Source: Camelus ferus (taxonomy: Eukaryota). Taken from it: DNA of 64,000 nucleotides. Of the stretch, positions 12,841-26,159 are shown one piece after another. Position 1 is the first letter of the stretch; every line of letters begins with the position of its first letter. Under the pieces are notes generated by a model that saw only the letters and a program-made list of their open reading frames with translations, was not told the origin of the DNA and ran no database searches. The position numbers were made by a program, and so were the translations under genes. Where the stretch lies: positions 99,946,001-100,010,000 of the forward strand of contig NC_045696.1 of NCBI RefSeq assembly GCF_009834535.1, read 5' to 3'.

Positions 12841-13826
12841 GTGTTCATATTAGAAGTTTCATTCAGGTTTTTAAAGAACTTAACTACTCAAACCCAAATA
12901 AAATGAGTCAGCTGTTTTTAGTTTCCCCACATTTATGTAGCTAGTTCCAACCTGAGCTAGGATTTAATACATGCTCATTTGGTACCTTGTGGTACCTTGT
13001 GCACATTTGAAAAGGATGCTCCTCTTCCTGGTTTCACACAACCCTGCCTGTACATACTTTGGTGACTGGGGGCTACTTTTAGCCCCTACGTGCCCGCTTG
13101 GTGAGGTGCATCTGTCTGGCTATAAGCTGTTCAACTCTTTATCATGGCCTTTGGCTTTCCACAGGCAGAACTGTAAAATTAGAAGAAATTTACTTTGGAG
13201 CCTTTTTCTTTCATACACACTTTCTCGTTTGATGTCACCCATCCCCTCCTGTTGTCCAGTCTGACCCCAGCCTTGGACCTGGGGCATCCCACTTACTGGT
13301 TACTTTCCTTCACTCAGAACTGCCAGTCCTCTTTTCCAGGCTCCTGGCATTTCACGTTTTCCTACTGACAGCGGGTGACAATGGGGCCTCCCATCACCTC
13401 ACTCAGCCTTTGTAAACTCTTTGTGCTTGTCTTAGGAGAACTCAGATGCAATTTTCATTTCCTACCCACTTGATGGCTTCTAGAAATTTCATCAAAGCAA
13501 TATCTCATAGTTGTGTCTTTTCCTGCTTAAATTATATTTGGATCAATTCAACTAATTTATTACTGTCTATCTTAATGTAGCATAGAAAATGTTAAATGTC
13601 AATAAAACTACTTTCATATATTAGTTCTCTGTAGCAAAGAAAGTTTTTTAAATGCATCTGTAAATAGATTTAGGTATCTATATGAATCTAATATATTATT
13701 ATAATGTTCATAGTTATGAATGACATATGATTTTAATAGAATATTTGTTTCATTTTATTCCCACTTTAAAAGTAGTTTTATTAATAGTTTTCCAGATTTC
13801 TTTGACTGTCTTTTTTCTCAATCTAG

Positions 13827-13988
13827 ATTAAATCTCTTGATGATAAATATGTGGTTGGCAAGATTTCCAAACAGTGGACTGGCCTTGTGAGAGAGTTATT
13901 TACAGACGTCGATAACTTTGGCATCCAGTTCCCCTTAGACCTTGATGTGAAAATGAAAGCTGTCATGCTTGGTGCCTGTTTCCTCATT
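13827..13988 (+). CDS. PLSCR1: Copy A exon 8 (162 nt): NLS, Ca2+-binding motif and start of the C-terminal helix
   Basis: tctag|ATTAAATCT...CTCATT|gtaagt; encodes [54 protein letters not shown]. Confidence 0.95.
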
Positions 13989-14509
13989 GTAAGTCTGTTC
14001 TTGCTAATCTGGAGTATAGATGGTTTCTCTAGTAGCATTCAGAAATAATTTAGTAATTTTTACATTTCTAAATGACCTTAAATGTGTAGGTTTATTCAGA
14101 GGGGTCCCATTTAATCTTACCTCTGAAATTCCATATTCTCCTGCTACTCTGGGTTTACAGGTGACTAGCTTCTCTTGGGAGGTTCCATGCAGTTTCACAT
14201 GGTAACAAAAGGATCTTATGTGTTAATGAGAAGCTCTGGTTTTAGCAATTAAAAAAAAATCTAAATAGTGCTTTGGAGAAGAGTTTGAACCTTCCAGTGT
14301 GTTTAAGTGGAATAAGTCTCAGGGAAACAAGGAGATATCCTAATCCGTTATTAAATTAAATCATCTAATACAGGAATATAAACTGTAGTAACAGTCTACA
14401 TTCACACAAGCCTTATATGGTACTGCCAATTGGTAGGAAATATATAGGATAGAGCAATGATTTTGAACTTACCTTCATATTAAAACAGCTAGGGAGATTT
14501 TTTTTAAAA

Positions 14510-14785
14510 AAAAACTGTATCTGGCCATACCTCAGTTAAACTAAGAATCTCAGAATTTAAAGTTTGTGTTGTTCCCCTGATGATTCTGTACACAGCCAGT
14601 GTCAAGGACTCCTGGAACAGAGCAGTGGTTTTCAGCCTTAGCTGCACAGCAGCTTTCACACTCCCCATGGCAAGACTGTACCCAGATCTAGTAAACCAAA
14701 GCCTCTGGAGGTGGATCCAAGTCTTTAAGCTGTGTCCAGCTGTCATGTGATTCCAATATGCAAGCACGGTTTGGAGCCACTAGAT
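14510..14785. mobile_element. MER5-type hAT fragments
   Basis: agcagtggttttcagcc...ccagctgtcatgtgattccaatatgcaagcacggtttggagccact. Confidence 0.55.
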
Positions 14786-16335
14786 TAATATTTTAAACAC
14801 TGACATGCAGATGCAATCAGGAAAAAAAAAAAACTAAAAAGCGAGAGAATAATACAGAAAAGGGATCCAGTTACTTCAACAAATAAATATCAGGGAAATA
14901 AAAGGATAAAAATAAAAATAGACATCAGCTTAATGTAGTTTGCAGAACATGTTTGGATACTGATTTGAAGAAATCAATACAAAAAGACATAAGGCATTCT
15001 GGGAAATTTGGACATTGGCTATTTGATGATATTAATGAATTATTAAGGTTTTTTTTAGAGATGCGATGTTGCTATTGTGGTTGTAGAAAAATAAAAACAG
15101 TCCATATTCTTTATGGGCTACGTACTGAAGTACTTCAGTATAAAATGATATGGAATCACAGATTTGCTTTTAAATAATAGGTGTGAGGGCAGGGGGATAT
15201 GGGGGATGGAGTAATTGATGAACCAAGACTGTTCATGTTAATAACTGTTAAAGCTGGGTGAGTGGTCACGGGGACTTTATTATGCTATTCTATCTAATTT
15301 GGTGTAGGGTCAGTATTTTCCATATAAAGTTTTAAATAGAACCACAGTTCTATTTAAAAATTGTGTTTTCAATAAATGTTTATTTCACAGGAAAAGAAAA
15401 TATTAACTTTAGCCTTAGGGAACTGTTTAACCAAAGGTTTATATACCACAACCAAAGATATGATGTGTATAGAGAAGAGAGAGAGTAGTCTAGGGTGTTG
15501 GGATAGATGAAAAATGGGGTTGGGGGTAGTGGTGAGGTTATTAGGAAATGCCTATGGGGTAGAGGTTGGGCAACGTCTTGTAGACCTTGGGAAAATACTG
15601 AAAATTGTTCAGTTAACTCATTAGTTTCAGATAGGCATAAATAAAATAGTTATGTCCTGGTGACTGTGGGAGAAATGGATTGAAGAGAGGTAAAATTGTA
15701 ATAGTGCAATAGTGCAAGTGAAAGGTGATAAGGATTCCATTATTTTTTGGTAAAGGGATACAGGATAATGATAGATGGGAGAGAGGTAGAATTCATAGGA
15801 CTGGACAGAAGTCAGTAGGGGAGAGGGTCTGGCTAGAAACTGATGGAGCAAGTAAGACAAGCTGGGGAACACAGTGGACAAGTTGGGAAAAGAAATCATG
15901 AAACTGGGCCAAAAAACTCTAAGATGTTAGTCTAACTCTAAGATGGCTGTCATTGTCCTGAAACAATCTAAAAATTGTACGTGGAACTCCGGTCACAACA
16001 CAAGTTACATTGCTAGACAGGGAGTACAAAAAGTTGAGGAAGAAAGACTGAAAGAGAAACATTCTAAGGGGGTGTGAAAAAAGTGAAATTTAGAGAAATT
16101 ACCAGAGGATTAATTAAATTCATGCAGGTATCAGTAAGGGAATAGAAATACAGGATTTAACTGCCATTAAAATGGAAAGCTGAAGCTATCAGTTTTCCCC
16201 AGATCTACTATTACAGGTTTTTCTTGTTTAGCAGGTATGGTTATTCTGTTCCGTCAGATTCCTTAGCATTTATTCATCCAAGAACTGATCTGTTTTCTTG
16301 CTGAAAACTCATTTCTTTATTTTGTTTTTACCTAG

Positions 16336-16389
16336 GACTTCATGTTTTTTGAAAACACTAGAGGTGAACAGAGATCAGGAGTGTGGTAA
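16336..16389 (+). CDS. PLSCR1: Copy A exon 9, coding part with stop codon
   Basis: cctag|GACTTCATG...GTGTGGTAA; encodes DFMFFENTRGEQRSGVW*. Confidence 0.93.
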   Translation, partial: DFMFFENTRGEQRSGVW

Positions 16390-17315
16390 TGGATGAATGA
16401 AAGTCTCCTCAGAAAATTTAAGGTCCATATATTGACTGGGACTATGTAAAAGAAAAACACAGTGGATTTTTTTTTCTTTATTTAAATGACTTATTATAGC
16501 ATATGTTAATTATACCGTGATACCCGAAGCTCCAGGTACATGATCCTATATGATTTTTACTTTTCAAAGTAAAGAGCTTGTTTTCTGTATCGCTTACTTA
16601 AAATTTTTTATACATTTTTTTCTGTACATTTTCTTTTTTGTTGTGTATTGTGGAGAAAGGATATAGACATTTTTATATTCAAATATAACTTCCTATGATG
16701 AATTGCTTTGAATTACAGTCTTTGCTTTATTTTCAATTTGTATAGCAAAATTAATTAAAACCTTTAAAAAGTAATTTTAATATAAACTCATATACTTTTT
16801 AATTAAATCTAGTTAAAATTTATGTCATTTGTAACAACTAATTATTTTGCAAATATTGTATATTCATAAAAGTTAAAAATGAACAAATTCAGTGTTCTTT
16901 ATAATTATGTTCAATATTCATACTATCAAAGAAAAGTAAAATGTATTTGTTTTTTGTTGAGAAAATCACACGGTATTTAACTTCTCCTGTAAGCTAATCT
17001 GCAACTAGAAATAACATTTTCATATTGACAAGACTATAAATTACCAATTTTGCTGATGATTTTTCATGAAGAAAGAATGATTCTGTCCCAAAGAAAGACA
17101 CATTTAAAGACTCACTCACTCTATAACTGGGATATTGTTATAATTTTTGGAGTAGTTATTTACACATAGAATGGTTAGCTCCTGTATCTGTCATTCATAG
17201 TTGGAACATCATAGTTGTCAGAACGCTCAGGTGTTAATTAAATTGAACATATGTATCAGTCTGAGTATAAATGTCTATAATGGTCTATTAGGTTATTTTT
17301 ACCAACAATCAAGTA

Positions 17316-17326
17316 AATAAAATAAA
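17316..17326 (+). terminator. Candidate polyadenylation signal of copy A (two overlapping AATAAA)
   Basis: AATAAAATAAA about 0.93 kb after the stop codon, followed by a T/GT-rich downstream stretch (tttctttgcatatttgagttttgttttt). Confidence 0.55.
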
Positions 17327-19409
17327 AAATTGCTGATATATTTCTTTGCATATTTGAGTTTTGTTTTTAAACAAACGTGAACAGTCAGTTCACACGGTAT
17401 TCTGGACTTTACACATTTACCTCTTCTTCCCTTTCAAATCTCCTTTAAAAAGAGCAAAAGCATATGATAATCTTTAGCAAAATCTATTCCAGTGCTGGAA
17501 ACTAAGTTTGCTTCCTGGCAGAAAGTTAAAGGAATTTTTATACTCTGTTTGTAGGGAAAACTGAGTCAAGTGAGAGATGTCCAACTCACAGGTTACCTCA
17601 TGCAAAGGGAAAGTGTGCTTAGGGAATAGGAGCTTAGGGGAGAGGCTCCCTTTCACCCTCAGCAGAACTCCAGCACCACTGGCTCCTGATGTTGAGAACA
17701 CTGGGAGGGCAGGGGGGCTACGGGAAAAGTGGTGTCCAGACCACCTTTCATTAGCCTAATCAATTCACCAGATGCTGGGTTCTCATGATGAAGTGTAACT
17801 GAGGCACTCAGTTCTGTTTACAGTTGGTACAGACAGCATGCCAGGTAGATGAGGTACTTGCACAGCTGGATCCCAGTGGCATTAGTTATGCCAGTTAGAG
17901 AAGGGGAGGGCTTTCCAGGCCAGCAGTCAGGTACCACAACCAACCCAAAAGGACACTAAAGGACTGATGTGATCTCTGTGACAGCTACATCTTGCTTGCA
18001 CTTTCCCCCTTTTCCTCCAATCTCCCCTGTTGCTGCTCCTTCTTTGCACAGGACTCAAGATCTCTAGTTAAGCAAAGTAAAACTTCAGCTGAACTGACCA
18101 GTTCCTTCCTCCATCAACTGTGCAAAGAACATTTGAGCAGAAACCTACACACTGCCTGCAGAACCCTTTTAAGTGCAAATACCGGAAAAAATAAGTTGTC
18201 ACTAAGTATTTACAAAGAGAAAAACCATCATACATGAAAAATTAGAAATTTAAATGAGAAAAACACCAGGACTTGCAACAAATATCTTAATTTGTAACCT
18301 TAATGAGATCTGAGGAAATGTTGCATATTTATTTCTGGAACAGGCATTAGAGAAAAGGGAAAATTCTGATGATGCAAAATTTTAATAAAGTTAAGAAGTA
18401 TGATAACCACATTTTAAAGTATGGAAACACTGGAACAGTAGATTTCATTAGATAGAAAGATAATACAATAAAAGAGATTTTTAAAAATTCTCCTGGAAGT
18501 CAGATAAACAGTGTATAGAGAAAAGGTGATTCCTGAGAAACAGATACATCGACTTCAATTTATGCACAACAGAAATTCCAGAAGCAAAAATGAGATGGGG
18601 CCAAGGGAATACTTTCAAAAACATAAGACAGTTTATCTCTGACCAAACCAGACTGTTGTCTCTAGATGAATGGATTTATCACATACCAGACACAATTAAT
18701 GAATATGACCTACTTAAATGAGTATTACATGCCTTCACTAAGGAAGACATTGGTAGGCCTTAGTAGAATGGTTTCTGTGGCCTAAATTCTATGATATTCC
18801 CACAGTCGTGTTTATTTTTGCTACCTCATTAATAAGGTTCAATCAGTTCAGCACTTTTTAATCAGAGACATTTAAAGGACCAACGAATATGGAACAAAAA
18901 ATTCTACAGAGGTGGTGTGACCTTGTCCCCCATTTCCCATGTCTGCCTTTGAGCGGAGACCTTACCAGTTCAGAGATTCTGTCAGCATGATGTGACTTAG
19001 AGAGCTGTGGGGTAATGGACTCATTTGGATCAGGGGCTCTGTTTGTCTTTTTCACCCTAGAAAAGAACAAAGGGAAAGTGTCATATCTCAGGCCATCATT
19101 CTGCCCACCACATCCTAACTTCTACATACCATTCTCCACTCAAACTGGGCTGTTTGAGAAATGATCTTACAGTTCAAGTCCAGAAAAGTACAAGATGAGC
19201 CTCAAACAATTCATGGAACAGCAAGAAGGTGCTCAAGGAATGATGGTGGCGTGTCAAAAGGATTAAGTGGAAAGGGCACCAACCAGCAAAATTCAAGACA
19301 ATTTGAGCATCAGAATTATTCTAGTAAGAGATTATTATCTATTGAATAAAAAAGGATGCAACACATCCCTACCCATATACTTACAAATAAACGCCTAAGT
19401 TAAAAGTCT

Positions 19410-19975
19410 ATGTACAATAGCCAAGACATGGAAGCAACCTAAATATGTCCATCAGCAAATGACTAGATAAAGAAGCGGTATATATATGCAATGGAATACT
19501 ATTTAGCCATAAAAGCGAATAAAATAACGCCATTTGCAGCAACATGGATGGACCTGGAGACATCATACTAAGTGAAGCCAGAAAGAGAAAGAAAAATACC
19601 ATAAGATATCACTTTTATGTGAAATCTGAAAAAAAAAAAAAAAAGACATAAATGAACTTATTTACAAAACAGAGACAGACTCACAGACAAAGAAAACAAA
19701 GTTATGGTTACTGGGGGGAGAAGGGGTGGGAAGGGATAAATCGGGAGTTCAGGGGATTTGCAGATACTAACTACTAGATACAAAATATATGAACAGAAGG
19801 TCCCACTTATAGCACAGGGAACTATATTCAATATCTGGTAATAAATCATAATAGAAAAGAATATAAAAAGAATATATATATATACACGTACATATATAAC
19901 TGAATCACTTTGCTGTACACCAGAAAGTAATACAACATAGTAAATCAACTACATTTCAATAAAATTTTTAAAAAA
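19410..19975 (+). mobile_element. 5'-truncated L1 3' end (cetartiodactyl type) inserted in an older L1MC-like element (about 19160-20190)
   Basis: acaatagccaagacatggaagcaacctaaa...ccatttgcagcaacatggatggacctggag...agcacagggaactatattcaatatc...gctgtacaccagaaa...tcaataaa plus an A-rich tail. Confidence 0.9.
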
Positions 19976-22929
19976 TCTGGTGAGGTAATGAGATACATAT
20001 AGTTGAAATTACTTTCCCACAAATCCTCTTAATTTCAGCAGGGGAAGAGGTAACTTTTACAGCAGAGCGTAGCATCCACCACCGTGATCAAGTGATCATC
20101 ATCAAAAATGGGACAAAGTGCAACCACCTAACGGGTGCAGGAAGACACAGCATCACAGGGCTCTCGATGTGCTGTACGGGACAGCACGTAGTGAAGGAAT
20201 GCTGTTTCAGTGTTCTATGAGCTTGCTTTTCCTTGTGGTCAGCCTTTTGCCCTGTAACTTGTGCTTGTCTAGTGAGGAGCTGGGCTTAGTTTGCATCTGG
20301 TTGTTCTTAGTTACCCTTAGTGCACTTCAACTTCAAATTCTCCTAGTGATAACTTGTGATCAGGATGTGGGCTGGTTTACCAGAGGATTTTACTGAATGT
20401 CTGCTCCTCAGAGAATCTCTTTTGCAGCTTTCCCACCTGGAACTCACTGTTACTTTAGTCAGTGCATGTTAGCATGGGGCTGGGGAACTGGGGACAGATT
20501 GTTCTCTGATGTTCAGTTTTAGTCAGTCTTAAGCAGGCAGAGCAAATCTCCTGAGGCCACACCACAATTCAAAGCAGTCTGAAGGCAGAGACTGGAGATT
20601 TGCCCAATTTATTTCTTTAGTCATATCATCACTCAGGAGGCATTCACAGATCCAGAACTGGCTAGAAATCTGAGTGCTGTGTCTGGGTGTGTGAATGTGA
20701 GGGGAGTTGAGGGGAGTTGATGGGTGATGGTGTGTGAAGGAGGAGGGGAGATAGCATCTTTCAGTCTAAAGAGACTCAACAAGTAGACAAACCTAATGAT
20801 CGCGTTAGAAACCTATCAGAGCAGAGAAGCTCAGGAAAGCAAAGTGAGGCCACTCCTTCTGGGGCCACGTGCCCCACGTGGCTGGGCTGGGGCACAACTG
20901 CAGACAGTACTGAGTCTAGATTATCCTAGGACGGGGAAGTGGCTTCTGCACTCCCACCCCTTCATCCTCCTACCCCTCCAGCCCTACACCCCGAGTTCCT
21001 TGTCCTGAGAGGGAAGACAAAGGGTGGGAAGCTTCTTGTCCTGCTCTGGAAGTGCCTGAGGCCCAGGAGAGGGGAAGTCGAGGGCACACCTAGGGCCTAG
21101 GAACCAGCCCACCGTGGGGTGGGTTGTGACAGTGAAAGCTGAGTCACTGGATGTCCCTGACTAAGGGGTAAGTGTGGGAAGAGGATGCAGAGGCAGAGAA
21201 TGGAGCTGTTTTCAGCCTTTGAGAAGTTCTGGGTGGGTGGTCTGGCTAAAGTGTCCAGTACCTGGGCAGAGAGCTTTGGGGGTGGGAGGGGGAGGGAAGA
21301 GCTAAAGCAGAGTAGCTGCTGGGGCAGAAGAGATGCTCCAGGCAGAGGCAGCTAAAATATTCAGAAAATCATGCCTGGGCTCCTAGCACCCAGTCAGCTA
21401 CTCTTTCCAGTTCAGGTATTGAGGTTGAATGGAGTTTGGGATCAAAAAGAGCTTTAGTAACTTTAGGGTAATTAGAAGGAACTAACTCAATAGAGAATTT
21501 CTGCTATCATTTAAGGGGAAAATGATTTCACAAATGCTTCCAAGACACACTTAATCCTCCGAGCTCTGCAGAGTTCCCTGGGTGGGTGGGCTCAGAGACC
21601 TGCCCAGCTCCTGCCCTGTCCCTGTCCCTGTCCCTGTCCCCACCCACCACGCCCTGCCTGCTTTCTTAGCCCACCATTCCTGCACCTGACCCTGCCTCTT
21701 CTAAGAAGTGCCCCTCTCTGTACGTTAACCTCCTCAACTGTCAGGTGAACACGACAACAGTATCTACCTCATAAGGTCTGTGTGAGGATTAAGTGACCTA
21801 ATATAGGTCAAGCCACTTGAGCAGGTTCCTGTAGCAGAACCACAGCAGAAAATGAAAACGGCTGATTTTTAGTAATACTCAAAGGTTTCTGAAACTGAAA
21901 ATTCTCAAAACAGTCAAAGCCTATTTATTTAAGGAGATTGAGATTAACAGCTATTTAAGTAAAAATGTCAATACAAAGTAAGGAATCATATTGTTAAAGA
22001 TGTGTATGTTTTAAAAAATACATGTAAAATAAATTCTTTAAAATATTTGTGCAGAACACTAGATAATTTGCTGTCATCTTCCAGTCTTTGACATTGGTGT
22101 CACCCTTGACTAACTCAATAGGAATCATCTTCAGTGACTAGATTTAATAAGTATTTTCAAAGAATTCAGATTAGTTTCCATAGAAACAATTTCTTTTCAT
22201 ATTTATATTTAATCAAAAAAATAATTTTACTCAATTTCTCTAATTATATAATAGATTTTGCATAAATTGCTTTAAGAAATAATAAATAAATCATCTTTAG
22301 TAGGTGTAGAATTCAACTTGTCAAAACAGCTGTACCCAAGAAACTAGAGAACTAGCAGGGATCCTCTTAATATACTAGACATGTGTTCAGCATAATCTGT
22401 GCCTCATGAGTAGGTTTTTCAGAGAGAAGAGGGATTGTTGACCTGGTGAGTCTGGCAAGTGAAAATCGGTTCAAAGCATGTCCATCTTGACTTCCTTTGA
22501 TAATTAAATAGTCTCTGACAATGAAAACAGGATTTATCATCAATCCAATAAGTAGATAATAAGGTCTTTTTTTGTTATGATTCAAGGCTCCCCCAAGAAC
22601 TTCTCTGTTCCAAAATAGAAAAGAAAGGAAGGAAGAAAAAGAAGTTCTTTTTGCACTAGAAATCTACTAAAAACTATAGAAGAAATTATGGAATTAGAAA
22701 ATTACAACTTGGTAATCGTCATTATAATAAGTAATTTGGTCCTTGCAAGAAAACATCAATGTCTAAAACGATGTAGTAAAAACTATGAGTGAAAGTTTGA
22801 GGGGTAACAGTATATTTAGCCTCAAAACAGCTTCCTATAAGATAGTTATTAAAGAGTAAAAACAGTAATTGCTGTTGCTGTAGGATACAATTCAGCTAAG
22901 CTTTCTGCCATTATTTGACAAAGATTGTC

Positions 22930-23900
22930 TTTCCTCATTTCCAATACATATTCTTCATTTTCATCTGTGCCCTTACCTGCAGTGCCTTTAAATTCATATT
23001 TCTCCCATCAGTCTGTTCATGATGATGTAGATATTCCCTAAGATGGTATATATTTTCTGGACTATGCTCCTCACTTCCTTCTGAGTACTGACCAGCAGAG
23101 CCATTGACATCCACATTTCTACAAATAGTCTTGTCTAGCTCAAGCTGCTATAACAAAATACTGTAGACTGGGTGGCTTAAACAACAGACATTTACTTCTC
23201 AGAGTTCTGGAGGCTGGGAAGTCCCAGATTAAGCTGCCAGCAGATTCAGCCGCTGGTGAGAGCCTTCTTCCTGGCTTACAAATGGTCGCCTTCTCTCTGT
23301 GTCTTCACATGGTATAGAGTTAACACTGGTCTTTTACTTATAAGGATGTAATCCCTCCATGCAGGCCCTGCCCTCATGAGCTCATCTAAACCTAATTTCC
23401 TCTCAAAGGCCCGCCTTCAAATATCATCACATTAGGCATAAGGACTTTAACACATGAATTCTGGACGAATATAACCATGAAAATCCAAACAAGTCTATTC
23501 AAGACAATCTAGCTTTTTTTCCTATCATGCTCCTCAAAATTCTTACAGCCTCTGCCCATTTCCCAATTCCAAAGTTATTGCCACATTTTCAGGTGTTTGT
23601 TACAGAGCACCGAACTTCTAGATATCAAAATGCATATCAAAGTTTCATATTGCTGCTATAAAACAATCACCATAAACTTAGTGGACTTAACACAAATTTA
23701 TTATCTTATATGTAAAATCCGGAAGTCAAAAGTCAAAATAGGGCTTACTGAGCTAAAATTCGAGTATCAGAAGGGTTATGTTCCTACAGGAGGTGCTAGA
23801 AGAGAATCCATTTCCTTGCCTTTTCTGTCTCTTAGAGGTCACCTCTACTCCGGGGCTTGTTGCCTCCTTCATTTTCAAAACTAGCAAATGCTTCCATTGT
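22930..23900 (-). mobile_element. MaLR internal segment plus MLT1 LTR (about 23631-23900), with a nested MLT1A/B LTR at about 23132-23491
   Basis: 23490-23630 is the reverse complement of the MLT-int start (ttggaattgggaaatgggcagaggctg...gaggagcatgatag). 23132-23491 carries gctgctataacaaaatac...gggtggcttaaacaacagacatttacttctcagagttctggaggctgggaagtcc. Confidence 0.75.
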
Positions 23901-23929
23901 AACATCTCCATCTCTGACAGACTTCAGGA

Positions 23930-25050
23930 AGGATCACAGGACACCACTGAAAATTTATACTGTTATCTTTCTGGCAGGCTTCCACAAAGGAACTTACAGC
24001 CTGTAAACAGTAAGTGTACACTGGAGAAGAGGAATAATCAGAATTTTCCAGGACAACTGCACACTGCCTCTGAATTGACACTAATCCCAGGATACCCAAA
24101 ACGTCACTGTGGTTCACCAGAGTAGGGGTTCATAGAAGTCAAGTGATAGATGGAGTTTCAGCTCAGGTCCCACTCAAAGTGGGCCCAGTGGATTCCTAAA
24201 ACCATTCTGTCATTATTTTCTCAGTCCCTAAGAGAAAAATTAGGATAGATATGCTCAGCAGCTGTCAGAATCCACACATTGGTTCCCTGACCTGGGAGTG
24301 AGGGCTGTTATGGTGAGAAATGCCAAGTGGAAGGCACTAGAATTGCCTCTACTTAGGAAAGTAGTTAAGAAAACACAATTCCACATTCCTGGAGGGATTG
24401 TAGAGTGTAATGTTGCCATCAAACACTTGAAATTGTAGGAGTAGTTATTCCCACAACATCCCTATTTAACTTGTCTGGCCTGTGTAGAAGACAGATGGAT
24501 CTTGGAGAGTGACAGTGGATTATCTCAAGCCTAACCAGGTAGTAACTCCAATTGTAGCGGCTCTACCAGATGTGGTTTCATTACTTGAGCAAATTAACAC
24601 AGTCCTTTATTTCTAATATTCAGCTATTGATCTGACAAATGCTTTTGTTCTCTACACCTGCTAGTGAAGACCACAAAAAACAGCTTTCAGCTGTCAGGGC
24701 CAGCAATATATCTTCACTGCCCTACCTCATAAATTTAATAACTCTCCAGCCCTATCTCACAATTCAGTTCACAGTGATCTTGTTCACTTTTCCCTTCACT
24801 GACCCATTACATTGATTACATTGTTCTAATTGGACCTAATGTACAAGAAGTAGCAACCACTCTAGATTCACTGGTAAGAGTTTGCAAGGCAGAGAATGGG
24901 GAAATAAACCCAACAAAAATTCAGGGTAATTTTTGTTTACCACCTCAGTGTAATTTTTAAGGCCTCAGTGACATGAGGCATGTCAAGATATCCCTTCTAC
25001 AGTAATGGATAACTTGTTGCTGGTGGCCCTTGCCACAATCCAAGCAGAGA
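23930..25050 (+). mobile_element. Degenerate ERV-L protease/reverse transcriptase fragment
   Basis: ORF 23778..24125 ends with LHTASELTLIPGYPKRHCGSP, resembling ERV-L protease (LDTGSELTLIPGDPK). About 24485-24640 reads [12 protein letters not shown]...[12 protein letters not shown]...AIDLTNAF (RT), with frameshifts and stops. Confidence 0.85.
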
Positions 25051-25059
25051 CACAAAAGA

Positions 25060-25326
25060 GGCATCAACCCTTCCCTCAGTCTCTAGCCTGTCTGCCTACC
25101 CAGCACGATTTAGACTTGTCAGTTTCCACAATTCCACAATCACATAAGACTATTCTTCAAAATAAATCATGAGAAAGAAAGAGAGAGGGAGAGGCATAGA
25201 GGGAGGCAGACACAGACAGACAGAGATCTATATATAGATATATATGGATATATACAGATGTATAAATACATAAAGAGAGTATGTGTACATATTTGTCTAT
25301 ATATTTTATATATAGTGTATATTGAA

Positions 25327-25363
<37 letters not shown>

Positions 25364-25392
25364 GTTCTGTTTCTCTGGAGAACTCTAATACA
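25060..25392 (+). mobile_element. MLT2-type (ERV-L) LTR 3' part with internal (GA)/(TA)/(CA)n
   Basis: gatttagacttgtcag...ttcttcaaaataaatc...ttggttctgtttctctggagaactctaataca terminus. Confidence 0.7.
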
Positions 25393-26159
25393 CCAAATTA
25401 TCTCTACAACCTATAATGCAGTAAATATTACTATACATGTATCCTTATGTACATATGACAGAGATTCTCTAGCGTTACTCCTATTAGTGAAGATCTTCAT
25501 CATTATGAGGTATTATAACACTGTTCTCCAAACTGACTGTAACAATTTATGGTCTTAAAAGCAGTGTATGATTTTGCTACCATTTACTTACCTACCAAAT
25601 GTTGGTATTGCCAGTTTTTATTTTGTTTTTGTCAAATAATATTTTTAATAAGGAATCTCATTGATTTTAATTCCATTTTTGGGATTTCTAGGAAAGATGG
25701 TCATGTTTTCATTTTTCTGTTGGATATTTGTAATTCCTCTAATGTGAACCACCTTTTCATAAATTTAAGTCATTTTTCTATTGGTTTGCTTCTCTCTGAT
25801 CTTATGATTTGAAGTCCTTTTTCAGGTTACAAAGTCTTTTGTAAGTTACATACATCACAAATACCTTTTCCAAGGAGACAGCTATTATTTCAGTTATTTG
25901 TGATCTCATTTGTGTGGAAATTATAAATAGTCATATTTATCAAATCTTTTTCTGGTTTATGTTTTTGAGACATTTGCTTTTTGTTTTGCATGTTTTTTAT
26001 TATGAAGATCATTAATCTCCTTGGAGTTCATTTTTACATGCTATGAGTAGATACCTAATTTTATTTTATGTAGATAGCTAACTTCCCCCAATATCAAAGA
26101 GGAGTCCATCTTTTCCACTAGTTTGTCTGAACATGTATAATGTATGCTGTACATAGGTA

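Larger units (their letters stand above)
1026..17345 (+). other. PLSCR1: Phospholipid scramblase 1-like gene, copy A (5'-partial; coding exons 4-9 plus 3' UTR)
   Basis: Six GT-AG exons (266, 43, 221, 162, 162 and 54 coding nt) splice in frame into a scramblase: ...[30 protein letters not shown]...CCFPCCLQE...[10 protein letters not shown]...[12 protein letters not shown]...DFMFFENTRGEQRSGVW*. The C-terminal SGVW matches recalled human PLSCR1. PLSCR1 versus PLSCR2 naming in artiodactyls is ambiguous. Confidence 0.9.

Noticed and set aside
22423..22445. Possible 23-nt micro-exon (ttttcag|...|gtgagt) between the genes
   Set aside because: Splice-like motifs alone are common, it has no PLSCR similarity, and there is no transcript evidence available.
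23778..25050. ERV-L pro/pol as a domesticated gene
   Set aside because: Multiple frameshifts and stops; no long ORF spans the RT.
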